64,000 bases of DNA from positions 32,001 through 96,000 of the forward strand of contig CAWEPK010000010.1 in assembly GCA_963810935.1 (NCBI GenBank), written 5' to 3'. A program made the translations under genes and the position numbers. Below the pieces are notes generated by a model. It was not told where the DNA came from. It saw nothing but the letters and a program-made list of their open reading frames with translations, and did no database searches. Of the stretch, positions 8,001 to 17,609 are shown piece by piece. This DNA comes from an uncultured delta proteobacterium. Its GTDB lineage: Bacteria; Desulfobacterota; Syntrophorhabdia; Syntrophorhabdales; WCHB1-27. The stretch's first letter is position 1; every line of letters starts with the position of its first letter.

Positions 8001-10316
8001 TTATTTCTTCTGTTCTGCTTCTTTCTTTTCCCTGAGCGCCTCCAGGACCATGTGCGGCCTGATCGGGCATTCCTTCATCTGGACGCCGAAGCGATGGAAC
8101 AATGCATTTCCAATCGCAGCCGCAGTCGGGTTCGTAAGGCCTTCGCCCGCTTCCTTCGCGCCGTAAGGACCCTCCGGCTCGTAGGTGTCGATCTCTGCAA
8201 TGTTCGCCTGAGGCATCTCGGGCGCCTTTATCATCTTGTAGTCGACGAGGTTCGGGTTCATCAGCTTGCCGTCTTCGTACGGCATATATTCCAGGTAACC
8301 GTAGCCCGCCGCCATTGAGAAGGCGCCTTCGAGCTGGCCGATGAGGCCCAGGTGGTTGATAGGCTGGCCGCAGTCGTGGGCGGTGAGGCTGTCGATGAGC
8401 GTGATCTTGCCCGTCTCCTCATCCACGTCGACCTCGACCCCCTGAAGCATGTAGCTGTATGCAGGCGAGATCATGCCCTTGCGATGAGGCGTATAGTAGC
8501 CGCGGCCCATGATCTTCTGGCCGTCTTTTCCGCGCAGGGCCTTCCTTACGAGCTTTACGAAATCTTCGCCCCTCTCCGGACGGGCGATGGCGTGCACCCA
8601 CCTGTCCTTGATGTCGAGGTCGTAGACGATGTTGAGACCCGACTGGGCGTAGGCGAACTCCAGAAGCTGTTTCTTCGCGTTTTCCGACGCCATCTTCACG
8701 GCATTGCCCGACATGAGGGTCTGCCTGGAGCCCCATGCACCGAGGTCCGGCGGGCAGTGGTCGGTGTCGCCCGAATGTACCTTGATGTCCTCGACCTTCA
8801 CGCCGAGGGTCTCTGCGCAGATGATGGCCATCGTCGTGTTGGAGCCCTGGCCGATGTCATGTGCGCCGATGTGCAGCTCGACCGTCCCGTCCTGGTTGAT
8901 AGTGACGATCGCCGACGAGAAGGAGTACGGCGTGTCGAACCAGTTGAAGATGCCGCCCGACATGAACCCGCAGGCCGAGAGGCCGAGGGAGTGGTTCTTC
9001 GGCATCGTCTTCTTCTTATCATCCTGCCATTTCTTGATCTCGGTTAATGCCTGATCGATGCCGCAGCTTGCGATCGTCGCCTGGCCGGGCAGTATCGTGC
9101 CTTCCTTGTGGGCGTTCTTCCGCCTCATCTCGATCGGGTCGAGGCCGAGGTCGGCCGCGATCCACTCGATCTGCTGTTCGGAGCACCACATAGCCTGGGG
9201 TGCGCCGAAACCGCGCATCGATGTTGACGGCAGGGTGTTCGTGTAGACGCGGTAGCCGTCATAGCGGTAGCCTTTCTTCCACTCGTAGGGGAAAGAGTGG
9301 AAAAAGCCGGTCAGGTAGAGGGCCGTTGCGCCCATGCCTGTGTATGCACCGCCGTTCGTGAAGACCTTCGCCTCGCGCGCGAGGAACGTCCCGTCCTTCT
9401 TCACGCCTGTCCGGGTGTAGTAGAACATCGGAGTCCGCCGCTTCGTGGCGATGAAATCTTCTTCCCTGGTATAGACGATCTTGACCGGCCTGTAGCATTT
9501 CATCGAAAGGATGGCGGTGCAGAAGATCGCGCCGTCCAGCTCGAACTTGCCGCCGAAGCCGCCGCCCGTGTACGCGCCGATAACCCTGATGTCGCCTTCC
9601 CTCATGCCGAGGACGCCGGCCATGAGGCCCTGCATGTAGTAGCAGCCCTGGTTGGAGTGGTAGATGGTCATCTTCTTGTCGGGCGTGTAGCTCGACACCG
9701 CGCAGCGCGTCTCCATGCACATATGTGCCTGGCCGCCGCAGCGGAACCAGTCTTCCCTGATGTACTCGGCTTCCTCGAAACCCTCGTCCACCTCGCCCCA
9801 CTCGATGTGGCGCGTGACGTTGATGTTCCGCTCGAAACCCTCATGGATATCGGGAGCGCCCTTCTTAATAGCTTCCAGGGGCTCAAAGACCGCGGGAAGG
9901 ACTTCGTAGTCGACTTCGATCAGGTCGAGGGCTTTCTCCGCTATCTCTTCCGTGACTGCGGCAACGCATGCGACGGGCTCGCCGATGTACCGGACTTTGT
10001 CGACCGGCAGTATCTGCTCATCGCAAAGGTCCTTATAGCGCCGCCAGATGCCCTGCTTCATGCCGAGGGTGTCCAGCTTTCCGCAGGCCGCTGCGACCAC
10101 GCCGGGGTATTCCAGGGCCTTCGAGTAGTCTATGTTCTTGATGATAGCGTGGGCGTGGGGGCTTCTCAATATTTTGCCGTAGAGCATCCCGGGGAGCTTG
10201 ACGTCGAATGTATAGGTGGCCCGGCCCGTGACCTTTGCCCAGCCGTCTACGTTATGGACATGGGTGTTAAGTACCCTGAACGGCTCGTGTGGGTTGATTA
10301 CTGTATATTTGTTCAT
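8001..10316 (-). CDS. Xanthine-oxidase-family molybdopterin-binding large subunit, 4-hydroxybenzoyl-CoA reductase alpha-like
   Basis: GGGFGGK, SMRGFG, DIGQG, GQLEGA motifs; C-terminal GPYGAKEAGEG resembles HcrA more than the XDH-type GAKGxGE. Confidence 0.8.
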   Translation of the reverse strand: MNKYTVINPHEPFRVLNTHVHNVDGWAKVTGRATYTFDVKLPGMLYGKILRSPHAHAIIKNIDYSKALEYPGVVAAACGKLDTLGMKQGIWRRYKDLCDEQILPVDKVRYIGEPVACVAAVTEEIAEKALDLIEVDYEVLPAVFEPLEAIKKGAPDIHEGFERNINVTRHIEWGEVDEGFEEAEYIREDWFRCGGQAHMCMETRCAVSSYTPDKKMTIYHSNQGCYYMQGLMAGVLGMREGDIRVIGAYTGGGFGGKFELDGAIFCTAILSMKCYRPVKIVYTREEDFIATKRRTPMFYYTRTGVKKDGTFLAREAKVFTNGGAYTGMGATALYLTGFFHSFPYEWKKGYRYDGYRVYTNTLPSTSMRGFGAPQAMWCSEQQIEWIAADLGLDPIEMRRKNAHKEGTILPGQATIASCGIDQALTEIKKWQDDKKKTMPKNHSLGLSACGFMSGGIFNWFDTPYSFSSAIVTINQDGTVELHIGAHDIGQGSNTTMAIICAETLGVKVEDIKVHSGDTDHCPPDLGAWGSRQTLMSGNAVKMASENAKKQLLEFAYAQSGLNIVYDLDIKDRWVHAIARPERGEDFVKLVRKALRGKDGQKIMGRGYYTPHRKGMISPAYSYMLQGVEVDVDEETGKITLIDSLTAHDCGQPINHLGLIGQLEGAFSMAAGYGYLEYMPYEDGKLMNPNLVDYKMIKAPEMPQANIAEIDTYEPEGPYGAKEAGEGLTNPTAAAIGNALFHRFGVQMKECPIRPHMVLEALREKKEAEQKK

Positions 10317-10798
10317 GACTTTGCCTCCGTGTATTTGCCCTTTGCCACTGAATCGATGGCGCGGACAATGCTGTTGTAGCCGGTGCAGCGGCAGATATGG
10401 CCCTCGATCCCTTCTCTGATCTGTTTATCCGTAGGGTTCTTGGTTTCCATCAAAAAGGCCGTTGCCGACATCAGCATCCCGGATGTGCAGAAACCGCACT
10501 GGAATGCGCCTTCATCGAGGAATGCCTTCTGGATCGGCGCAAGCTCGCCGTCCTTTTCAAGGCCCTCGACCGTGAGGATCTTCTTTCCCTGGGCCTGGGC
10601 TGCGAGCACGGAGCAGCCCTTGACGGACATGCCGTCAACGACGACGGTGCAGGCGCCGCAGGATACCGTATCGCAGCCCCTCTTGGTGCCCGTAAGCTCC
10701 AATGCGTCCCTTATCGCTTCGACCAGAAGGGTCTTCGTGCTTATATAAACCTCGTAATCCCGGTCGTTTACATTAAAATGCATCAATTGTTTGTCCAT
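10313..10798 (-). CDS. 2x[2Fe-2S] small subunit (CoxS/HcrC family)
   Basis: GTKRGC..SCGACTV..C and QCGFC..CRCTGY motifs. Confidence 0.9.
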   Translation of the reverse strand: MDKQLMHFNVNDRDYEVYISTKTLLVEAIRDALELTGTKRGCDTVSCGACTVVVDGMSVKGCSVLAAQAQGKKILTVEGLEKDGELAPIQKAFLDEGAFQCGFCTSGMLMSATAFLMETKNPTDKQIREGIEGHICRCTGYNSIVRAIDSVAKGKYTEAKS

Positions 10799-10812
10799 TA
10801 GGGCCTCCCTGT

Positions 10813-11685
10813 TCAGCTGATCTTAGCCTTTTCAAAGGCTGCTTTCGCCATCCTCTTGGTGAGGATCTTTATAAGATGGCGCCGGTATTCCTCGGATGCG
10901 TGGATGTCGGCCACCGGCTCGCAATCCTCAGCCGCAACCTCTCCCGCCTTCTCGAAAACCGCATCGGTCAGCTTTGCGCCGATCAGGACCTTTTCTGCCT
11001 CTTTAGCCCTGACTGTCGTCGCCGCCCCGTTGCCGAGCACTACTCTCGCGTCCTTGCACGTGCCTCCGCCGTTGAGCGTGATGGTGACTGCCACGGCCAC
11101 GATGCCCTGGTCTGAGTCGAGGAGGTTGAATTTCTGGTACTTCGTCGCCGATTTCTTCGGAGGGGGCGGCACAATCACCTCGACGATGATCTCGTCATGG
11201 TTCATTGCCGTCTCAAAGAGGTCCGTGTAGAAATCGTCAAGGGATATAACCCGCTCGCCGGAAGCCGAGGCGACCTTTACGGACGCGTTCAGAGCGGTAA
11301 GCACGGGGGCCGGGTCGCCCGCTGCGTCTGCGTGGGCCAGGTTCCCGCCGATCGTCCCCCAGTTACGCACCTGGATGGATGCCAGCTTCTCTTCCATCTC
11401 CACCAGGACAGGGTATTTCTCTTTCAGGAGCGCCGATTTCTCGATCGTGCGATGGGTTGTGGTGGCGCCCATCTTGAGACCCTCTTTCTCATCGAACTTG
11501 ATGTAGCTCAGCTCATCCAGCCCCTTGATGTCGATAACATACTCCGGCGTCACGAGGCCCTGACGCAGGATTATCAGCAGTGACTGGCCTCCGCAGATAA
11601 CCTTGCAGTCTTCCTCGTGCTCCGAGAGCATTTGGAGCGCCTCTTTGGCGCTGCCGGGTTTGAGGTAAGTGAAATCATAGATCAT
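10813..11685 (-). CDS. FAD-binding medium subunit (CoxM/HcrB family) without the [4Fe-4S] insertion
   Basis: GGQSL, QVRNWGTIGGNLAHAD, DIHASEEYR motifs; 290 aa. Confidence 0.9.
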   Translation of the reverse strand: MIYDFTYLKPGSAKEALQMLSEHEEDCKVICGGQSLLIILRQGLVTPEYVIDIKGLDELSYIKFDEKEGLKMGATTTHRTIEKSALLKEKYPVLVEMEEKLASIQVRNWGTIGGNLAHADAAGDPAPVLTALNASVKVASASGERVISLDDFYTDLFETAMNHDEIIVEVIVPPPPKKSATKYQKFNLLDSDQGIVAVAVTITLNGGGTCKDARVVLGNGAATTVRAKEAEKVLIGAKLTDAVFEKAGEVAAEDCEPVADIHASEEYRRHLIKILTKRMAKAAFEKAKIS

Positions 11686-11924
11686 AAGCCTCTCCTTTCA
11701 ATGAAGTCTTCGATGTTCACCATCGTACCCGGATTGTCCCCTATGTCTGTCGGGAACTCCCAGTAGGTGAACACTGCGCTGCTCTTGACACTCGGCCTCT
11801 CCGCGTCCGCCTCTTCCCGATTCCTCGAAGCCCCGCACGTTTCCATGTGGCGGCCCCGGTAGACCGCGCATTCCCTGCACGGAATCTTCGAAAACGGACA
11901 TACTCCTACTGCTTTTGACGACAT
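11682..11924 (-). CDS. Small Cys-rich hypothetical protein, first gene of the molybdoenzyme operon
   Basis: CPFSKIPCRECAVYRGRHMETC; GGAGG RBS; stop overlaps the next ATG (ATGA). Confidence 0.65.
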   Translation of the reverse strand: MSSKAVGVCPFSKIPCRECAVYRGRHMETCGASRNREEADAERPSVKSSAVFTYWEFPTDIGDNPGTMVNIEDFIERRGL

Positions 11925-12087
11925 ACTACCTCCAACAATTATAACTCCACTTTGTTGACGGGTCCAAGATTTTCCCGAGGTCCGGTCACATTATTCATCT
12001 TAGCGATTGATTGTTTCCTATGCTGACCGGGCCACCTGTTCAATCCAGTGGATTGTGGTTAGTTTCATTGTTATGAACCCATACGCG

Positions 12088-12117
12088 AATATACGATTAA
12101 TTACATACGCTTGTCAA
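12088..12117 (-). promoter_or_regulatory. Candidate sigma70 promoter for the molybdoenzyme operon
   Basis: Minus-strand TTGACA-N18-TATATT in AT-rich intergenic DNA. Confidence 0.4.
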
Positions 12118-12201
12118 GGAGAATTTTGTGTGAGAGAAGGGAATGCCAGATTTTTTGTTCACTATAGAAAACCTTATGCCCTATGCACGCGGTTAAGGGA
12201 C

Positions 12202-13224
12202 TTAAGGCTCGTCTCTCCCTATGCTGACCCCGCTGCCCTGACTCGTGCCTATGCGTTTAAGGAAGGCGTCTTTCTTCTCGAACGGCACATAAACGTGATA
12301 AACGCCCCTTGGGAGCTTGTACTTGCGGATGTGCAGGTTGTACTGGCGGAACGTCCTGTACGGAAGCTCCATGGCGGCGGCGAGGAACGCAGTGTGCGTC
12401 TCCCGCTCGACATCGATGGTCAGCTCCGCGACGGCATAAGGCTTGTAGTAGTCGGACTTTTCTATCGGCAGGCCGTATTTGCGGGCATTGGACAGTATCT
12501 CCTTCAAGGCCGCTATCCGGTAGACATACCTCTCGGTCTCCTCAGGCAGGAACATCTCGAAGAAATCGCGCGTGTTCTGGTTCTGCATCACCTCCCTGAT
12601 GCGCGCCTCGCCCGCGTTGTAGGCGGCCATGGAGACCAGCCAGTCGCCGAACTCGCTGTGGAGCTTGTTCAGGTACCCCAGGGCGGACCGCGTTGACCTT
12701 TTTACGCTGTACCTTTCATCGACGGAATCGCTGATGAAGAGGCCTTCCCTCTTGCCCGTCTCCTTTATGAACTGCCACAGGCCGCCCGCGTTGGCCTTGG
12801 AGACCGCCCTAGGATTGAGATAGCTTTCCGCTATGCACAGATAGATGAGGTCCGGAGGCATGGCCATCCGGTCTATCTCCCCGGAAACGACGTCGAAGAA
12901 TTTGGCGTACCGCTTTACCAGGACAGTGAGGAGGCCCCTGTTGTCCAGAAAGTTGTAAAATTCACGCTCGAAGCCCTCCCTGGCCTCCGGGCTCGAAAGG
13001 GGTATTGCCCTGTCGCACAGGACCACCCGCTCCGGGACGGGGGCCATCCTGAGGAAGGTCACGTCCCGCTTGAGGACCTCCGCTTCTTTTTCCAGTTCTG
13101 CGATCCTTTTCTCCGGGGAAAGCAACCTTTTAGCGGGCTGTGTCGTCTGTGCGTGAAGAACGGCGGGGGCAAGGAAGGCGGCAGCGAGAAACGCCAGGCA
13201 GGCAAGAAGCGCCGTGCGTCTCAT
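12202..13224 (-). CDS. Lytic transglycosylase (SLT/MltD-like)
   Basis: Signal peptide; AES catalytic motif, GLWQF, AAYNAG, LPEETERYV. Confidence 0.85.
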   Translation of the reverse strand: MRRTALLACLAFLAAAFLAPAVLHAQTTQPAKRLLSPEKRIAELEKEAEVLKRDVTFLRMAPVPERVVLCDRAIPLSSPEAREGFEREFYNFLDNRGLLTVLVKRYAKFFDVVSGEIDRMAMPPDLIYLCIAESYLNPRAVSKANAGGLWQFIKETGKREGLFISDSVDERYSVKRSTRSALGYLNKLHSEFGDWLVSMAAYNAGEARIREVMQNQNTRDFFEMFLPEETERYVYRIAALKEILSNARKYGLPIEKSDYYKPYAVAELTIDVERETHTAFLAAAMELPYRTFRQYNLHIRKYKLPRGVYHVYVPFEKKDAFLKRIGTSQGSGVSIGRDEP

Positions 13225-13451
13225 TTCCGCGCCTCCTCCCTGATGATATCGGTCAGGGTCTTCACCCTGTTCTGCATGCGTTCCAGCAGCGCCTTAACGT
13301 CCAGAAGAATAGAAGCCATGCTGTCGTGCCTCTTCCTGTAAATGGCCTCCAGGTCTTTCCTCCAGTTCTCGGTGACCTCGGCCTCCCGCCTGTTGGTTTC
13401 CAGCTCGAACCTTTTTGTCAGCTCCCGGCGCAGTTTGGGATCAATCTCCAT
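13221..13451 (-). CDS. Hypothetical helical protein
   Basis: 76 aa, translationally coupled on both sides. Confidence 0.55.
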   Translation of the reverse strand: MEIDPKLRRELTKRFELETNRREAEVTENWRKDLEAIYRKRHDSMASILLDVKALLERMQNRVKTLTDIIREEARK

Positions 13452-14016
13452 CGAATCGCTCCTCTTCCTTTTCTCTTATAAAGTGCCGGTAGAAAAGTAT
13501 CGCCGCGACCGCCCCCATGACGGCCAGCGGCACTATGACTTTTTCGTAGCCCTTGGTATCGCTCACGAAGATGTAGACCACGTTAGCGAAGCTGTAGCCG
13601 ACTATGGAGATTATAACTGCCCATATTATGGAGGACGCCACATCGATGATGAGGAACCGGCCGGAAGCCATGTTGGCGCACCCCAGAAGAAGGAGGATGA
13701 TGGAGCGGAAGCCCGCCAGAAACCTCATTATAAAGAGGATCAGGTGGCCGTATTGGTGGATGATCTTGTTGGATGTTGCGGCCCTGCGGCGGAGGAAATC
13801 ATACCGCTCGATAATCTGCCTCCCGAAGAACTTGCCCAGGAAAAAGAAGGAGCAATCCCCGGCAAAGGTGCCGATAAAGGACCAGAAAATCACGTGCCGC
13901 AGCTTGAGGAACCCGAGCTTCGCGAATATCGCTGCAAGCAGAATGGTTGTCTCGCCTTCGATGAATGTTCCGATGGCTACGCCTACGTAACCCAAGCGGC
14001 TTATAGTTTCTTCCAC
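13441..14016 (-). CDS. DedA-family membrane protein
   Basis: GTFIEGET, GD..FFLG, RFLAGFR motifs; GTG start. Confidence 0.85.
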   Translation of the reverse strand: MEETISRLGYVGVAIGTFIEGETTILLAAIFAKLGFLKLRHVIFWSFIGTFAGDCSFFFLGKFFGRQIIERYDFLRRRAATSNKIIHQYGHLILFIMRFLAGFRSIILLLLGCANMASGRFLIIDVASSIIWAVIISIVGYSFANVVYIFVSDTKGYEKVIVPLAVMGAVAAILFYRHFIREKEEERFDGD

Positions 14017-14141
14017 GGGGTCAAATTGTACACAGATTGAAAGGCGGAATCAAGTCAGGGCACCTACAGGCGGCCGGACGCGTTCGACCCACGCACTAAG
14101 GTTGCGCGTGGGTGCCCCGGCCCGTCCCGCTCCCGGCGTTA

Positions 14142-14867
14142 TCACGCCCTGGCGGCTTTGGCCTGGTTCCTCTCACCTATGCGCATAAGAATGATGCCTA
14201 TCTCATAGAGGAGATAGAGGGGCACGGCGAGGAGCGACATGTTGTAGACGTCCGGCGTGGGCGTGATCACGCTCGCAGCGACAACTATTATCAGGACAGC
14301 GTAACGCCTGGTCTTCGACAGCTTTTTTGAAGTGACTACGCCCAGCTTCCCCAGCACGAGCAGTATGATGGGCAGCTCGAAGGCGGCGCCGAAGGCAAAG
14401 ACCATTGTGATGCAAAAGTGGACGAACCGTTCCGTGGATATCGTCGCCTTGAGGACGCCCCCCTGATAGCTCAGCAGGAAGCCGATGCCGGAAGGCAGCA
14501 CTATGAGATAACAGAAAACGCTCCCGACATAGAAAAGGAGCGCAGCGAAGACAACGTAGAGGTAGCCGTGGAGGAGCTTTTCCCGGAGCATCTCGCGGAA
14601 CTCGCGCCATATGAGGAAGACGATGATGGGTGTTGCGAAGAAAAGGCCCGTATAAATCGCCATCTCGACGGACGAGAAAAAGACCTCCGAAAGGTTGAAA
14701 TAGTAGAGAGTGACGTGCACGTGCCGGGTTAGTAAGATTATGAGTTTCTTCGAGAAGATAAAGCTGGCGGCGCTGAAGCACGCAGCCACGAGCAGGCCCC
14801 TGAAAACGACGCGCCTCGCTCCGTAAAGTATGCGGAAAATCTTCTCCCTGTCTATTTTAGGCAGCAT
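14142..14867 (-). CDS. tatC: Twin-arginine translocase subunit TatC
   Basis: FGAAFELP, RRYA, ITPTPD, PLYLLYE motifs; start position uncertain. Confidence 0.85.
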   Translation of the reverse strand: MLPKIDREKIFRILYGARRVVFRGLLVAACFSAASFIFSKKLIILLTRHVHVTLYYFNLSEVFFSSVEMAIYTGLFFATPIIVFLIWREFREMLREKLLHGYLYVVFAALLFYVGSVFCYLIVLPSGIGFLLSYQGGVLKATISTERFVHFCITMVFAFGAAFELPIILLVLGKLGVVTSKKLSKTRRYAVLIIVVAASVITPTPDVYNMSLLAVPLYLLYEIGIILMRIGERNQAKAARA

Positions 14868-14937
14868 TTCCGGACTGCTGGGCGGTGCGTACCGCCGCAA
14901 CGGTTTGCGCGGCCGCGAGCGGCGGGGGAGTCAATAA

Positions 14938-15018
14938 ATTACCCTGCTGCTTGCAGCAGGGTAATAAAGCAAGCGTAGCGCCGCGCCGAGAGGGGTGGCT
15001 CCGCGAGCTTTGCTCGTG
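14938..15018. repeat. Intergenic palindromic (REP/PATE-like) element
   Basis: ATTACCCTGCTGC-TT-GCAGCAGGGTAAT (13-bp perfect IR, 14938-14965) and CGCGAGC-TTT-GCTCGTG (15002-15018) between divergent genes. Confidence 0.45.
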
Positions 15019-15200
15019 TAGGGGGCGCTGAGCCCCAGTAATTGCCTGTCGTAAAGCGTGCGGATACCCCGGAGAACGATCGGCACCTACTGGAATCATT
15101 GCAAGCATAGGCTTAATGTATTATTAAAGAAGAATAAAGTCAAACGCTTGCGGACATTACGGGCAAAGGGCCCTACTGGAATAACACCAAGGAGGTAATC

Positions 15201-15671
15201 ATGTTGGACGTGCGCCGCGTACTCGTGACCGTGCAGGCCGCTCCCGATTGCATTAACGTAGTCGGATACGCGGCGAACCTGGCCGAGAGGCTGCACGCCA
15301 AGCTCTACATACTCGATATTATTTATAATCCCTTTGCCTACACGGGCTGGAACCTGCCGATGCCTTTCCTGGAGCAAAATTACGAGAGCCTGCTTGCCTC
15401 CGTGAAGGAACGGCTGAAGGCAATGACGGAAGGCGACCTCAACGGGCGCATCGATATAGAGACGCTTGTGCGTGAAGGGGAGCCGGCCGGCCAGATATCC
15501 GCCGTCGTCGAAGAGGAGAATATCGACCTGTTGGTCCTGCCCGCCCATGAAGAGACCCGCATCGAACATTTCCTGTCCGCGAAGATGACCGCAAAAATCG
15601 TCAGGACTTTACCGTGTTCCGTGCTCCTCGTAAAACAGGACCTGGACGTCCTCTGCGACGCCGCGCCTTAA
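15201..15671 (+). CDS. Universal stress protein (UspA family)
   Basis: EGEPA..I, IDLLVL, LPCSVLLVK; AAGGAGG RBS. Confidence 0.85.
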   Translation: MLDVRRVLVTVQAAPDCINVVGYAANLAERLHAKLYILDIIYNPFAYTGWNLPMPFLEQNYESLLASVKERLKAMTEGDLNGRIDIETLVREGEPAGQISAVVEEENIDLLVLPAHEETRIEHFLSAKMTAKIVRTLPCSVLLVKQDLDVLCDAAP

Positions 15672-15706
15672 AACGGGCATCAACGCCCCTGAAGGAGGCG
15701 CTTTCG

Positions 15707-16633
15707 ATGAATGACCCGGAGCAGTGGCCGGCCCTGCCCCTCGACGCATGGAAGGAGACGTACGAGACGGTGCGCCTCTGGACGCAGGTCGTTGGAAAGG
15801 TACGGCTGAAACTCGCGCCCCTTGTCAACCACTGGTGGAACGTGGCGCTTTACGTAACGCCGACGGGCCTTACGACGTCCATGGTGCCATACGGCAGCGG
15901 CGGGTTCGAGGTGCGGTTCGATTTCGTGAGGCACCTGCTCACCGTCGACGTCTGCGGCCGCACGGAAGGCAGCGGCAAGATGTCCCTTGCGGCCGGTCCG
16001 GTGGCGGACTTCTACCAACGGTTCATGGAGCTCCTCCATTCCCTCGGGATCGACGTCAAAATATGGACGATGCCGCAGGAGATGGAGACGTCCATCCCTT
16101 TTGAGGAGGACCGCGACCACACCGCCTACGACCCGGAGTACGCCCGGCGCTTCTGGCGCGTGCTTGTCCAGTCGGACAGGGTGCTGCAAATCTTCCGCTC
16201 CCGCTTCACAGGCAAATGCAGCCCGGTCCATTTTTTCTGGGGCGGCTTCGACATGGCGGTCACGCGCTTCTCGGGCCGGGGCGCTCCTTTGCACCCCCCG
16301 GTGCCGCATATAGCCGACTTCGTAGTGCTCGAAGCATATTCGCACGAGGTGAGCAGTTGCGGGTTCTGGCCGGGGGGAGGCCCTATCGCGGAGGCGGTTT
16401 ATTACGCTTACGCATATCCCGAGCCGGCAGGCTTCAGGGAATATCCGATAAGCCCGGATGACGCCTTCTACTCCCGCGATATGGGTGAATTCATCCTGCC
16501 TTATGAGAAGGTGCGTACTGCGTCCGACCCGGACAACGAGCTACTCGCTTTCCTTCAAAGCACTTACGTTGCGGCAGCAGAAACGGGACATTGGGACATG
16601 TCAAGGCTTGAGCGCCCCTCGCCTGAAGGGTGA
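15707..16633 (+). CDS. DUF5996-family protein
   Basis: WPALP..WKET, QVVGKVRL, NHWWNV, GKCSPVHFFWG, EAYSHEVSSCGFWPGG. Confidence 0.75.
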   Translation: MNDPEQWPALPLDAWKETYETVRLWTQVVGKVRLKLAPLVNHWWNVALYVTPTGLTTSMVPYGSGGFEVRFDFVRHLLTVDVCGRTEGSGKMSLAAGPVADFYQRFMELLHSLGIDVKIWTMPQEMETSIPFEEDRDHTAYDPEYARRFWRVLVQSDRVLQIFRSRFTGKCSPVHFFWGGFDMAVTRFSGRGAPLHPPVPHIADFVVLEAYSHEVSSCGFWPGGGPIAEAVYYAYAYPEPAGFREYPISPDDAFYSRDMGEFILPYEKVRTASDPDNELLAFLQSTYVAAAETGHWDMSRLERPSPEG

Positions 16634-16716
16634 TGAGGCGGCGGCTTAAGGCGCTAAGGGTAACAGGAGCTACCCCGCGCCGCCCTCCCCGTGGTACAAT
16701 ATGGGAGGGAGCCGTG

Positions 16717-17124
16717 ATGGAGCACTGCAAAGGTAAGATCGTAAAGCTGCTGGTCGACCATTTCGGGAGCGATTTCCGCAGGATAACACACGCCCTCGAA
16801 GTCCTGAAATACTCCGAAAACATCATGGAAGAATACGAAGGGTGCGACTACGAGGTACTTATAGCCTGCGCCCTACTGCACGACGCCGGTATAAAACCGT
16901 CGGAAGAAGCGCTCGGGTACAACAACGGCAAGACGCAGGAGCAGTACGGTCCCCCGGTTGTGCGGGCGCTGCTCGAAAGCATCGGATTCCCGGACGCGAA
17001 GACGGCCAAAGTCTGTGAAATCGTCGGCAACCACCATTCACCCTCGCGGTACGATTACGTGGAGTCGAAGATACTGAAGGAAGCCGACAGGATAGTCAAC
17101 AGGCGGGAGGCGGCCAACTCGTGA
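16717..17124 (+). CDS. HD-domain protein
   Basis: RRITHAL, ALLHDAG, GNHHS, EAD motifs. Confidence 0.8.
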   Translation: MEHCKGKIVKLLVDHFGSDFRRITHALEVLKYSENIMEEYEGCDYEVLIACALLHDAGIKPSEEALGYNNGKTQEQYGPPVVRALLESIGFPDAKTAKVCEIVGNHHSPSRYDYVESKILKEADRIVNRREAANS

Positions 17125-17573
17125 GGTACGAATCGGGCAGGATAGGCCGGTGCTTTGTCGTCAGGTTCGAGCACGGCGACGATATCCTCGAGGGGCTGTC
17201 GGCGCTCGCCCAGAAGGAGGAAGTCGCAGCGGCCGTCTTCTATCTTCTGGGCGGCCTAAAGGAGGGCCGCATCGTAGCCGGGCCGGAAAGGGAAGAGATG
17301 CCGCCCGAGCCTGTCTGGCGCGAGATCGCAGAGAGTCACGAAACGGTGGGGGTAGGCACCATCTTCCTGCACAACGGCAAGCCTGCCATCCACTTCCACG
17401 GCGCCTACGGGAAGCGGGATACGGTGAAGGCGGGCTGCCTGAGAGAAAATGCAAAGGCGTTCATAGTAATGGAGGCGGTGGTTCTGGAGATGGAAGGGAT
17501 AGCGGCAAAGCGCGAGCGCGACCCCCTCTCCGGCATGGTGCTTCTCGATCTGAAGGGCAGCGGCGCCTATTAA
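17121..17573 (+). CDS. PPC/DUF296-domain protein
   Basis: RFEHGDDI, PAIHFHG, GCL motifs; GTGA overlap with the upstream gene. Confidence 0.8.
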   Translation: MRYESGRIGRCFVVRFEHGDDILEGLSALAQKEEVAAAVFYLLGGLKEGRIVAGPEREEMPPEPVWREIAESHETVGVGTIFLHNGKPAIHFHGAYGKRDTVKAGCLRENAKAFIVMEAVVLEMEGIAAKRERDPLSGMVLLDLKGSGAY

Positions 17574-17609
17574 GTCCCGATAATCCTCGATTTTTCTTGC
17601 ATTAAGCCG

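Noticed and set aside
16631..16636. Tandem TGA TGA after DUF5996 and other TGA stops as Sec candidates
   Set aside because: The proteins are complete at those stops, with no Cys-motif context or conserved continuation.
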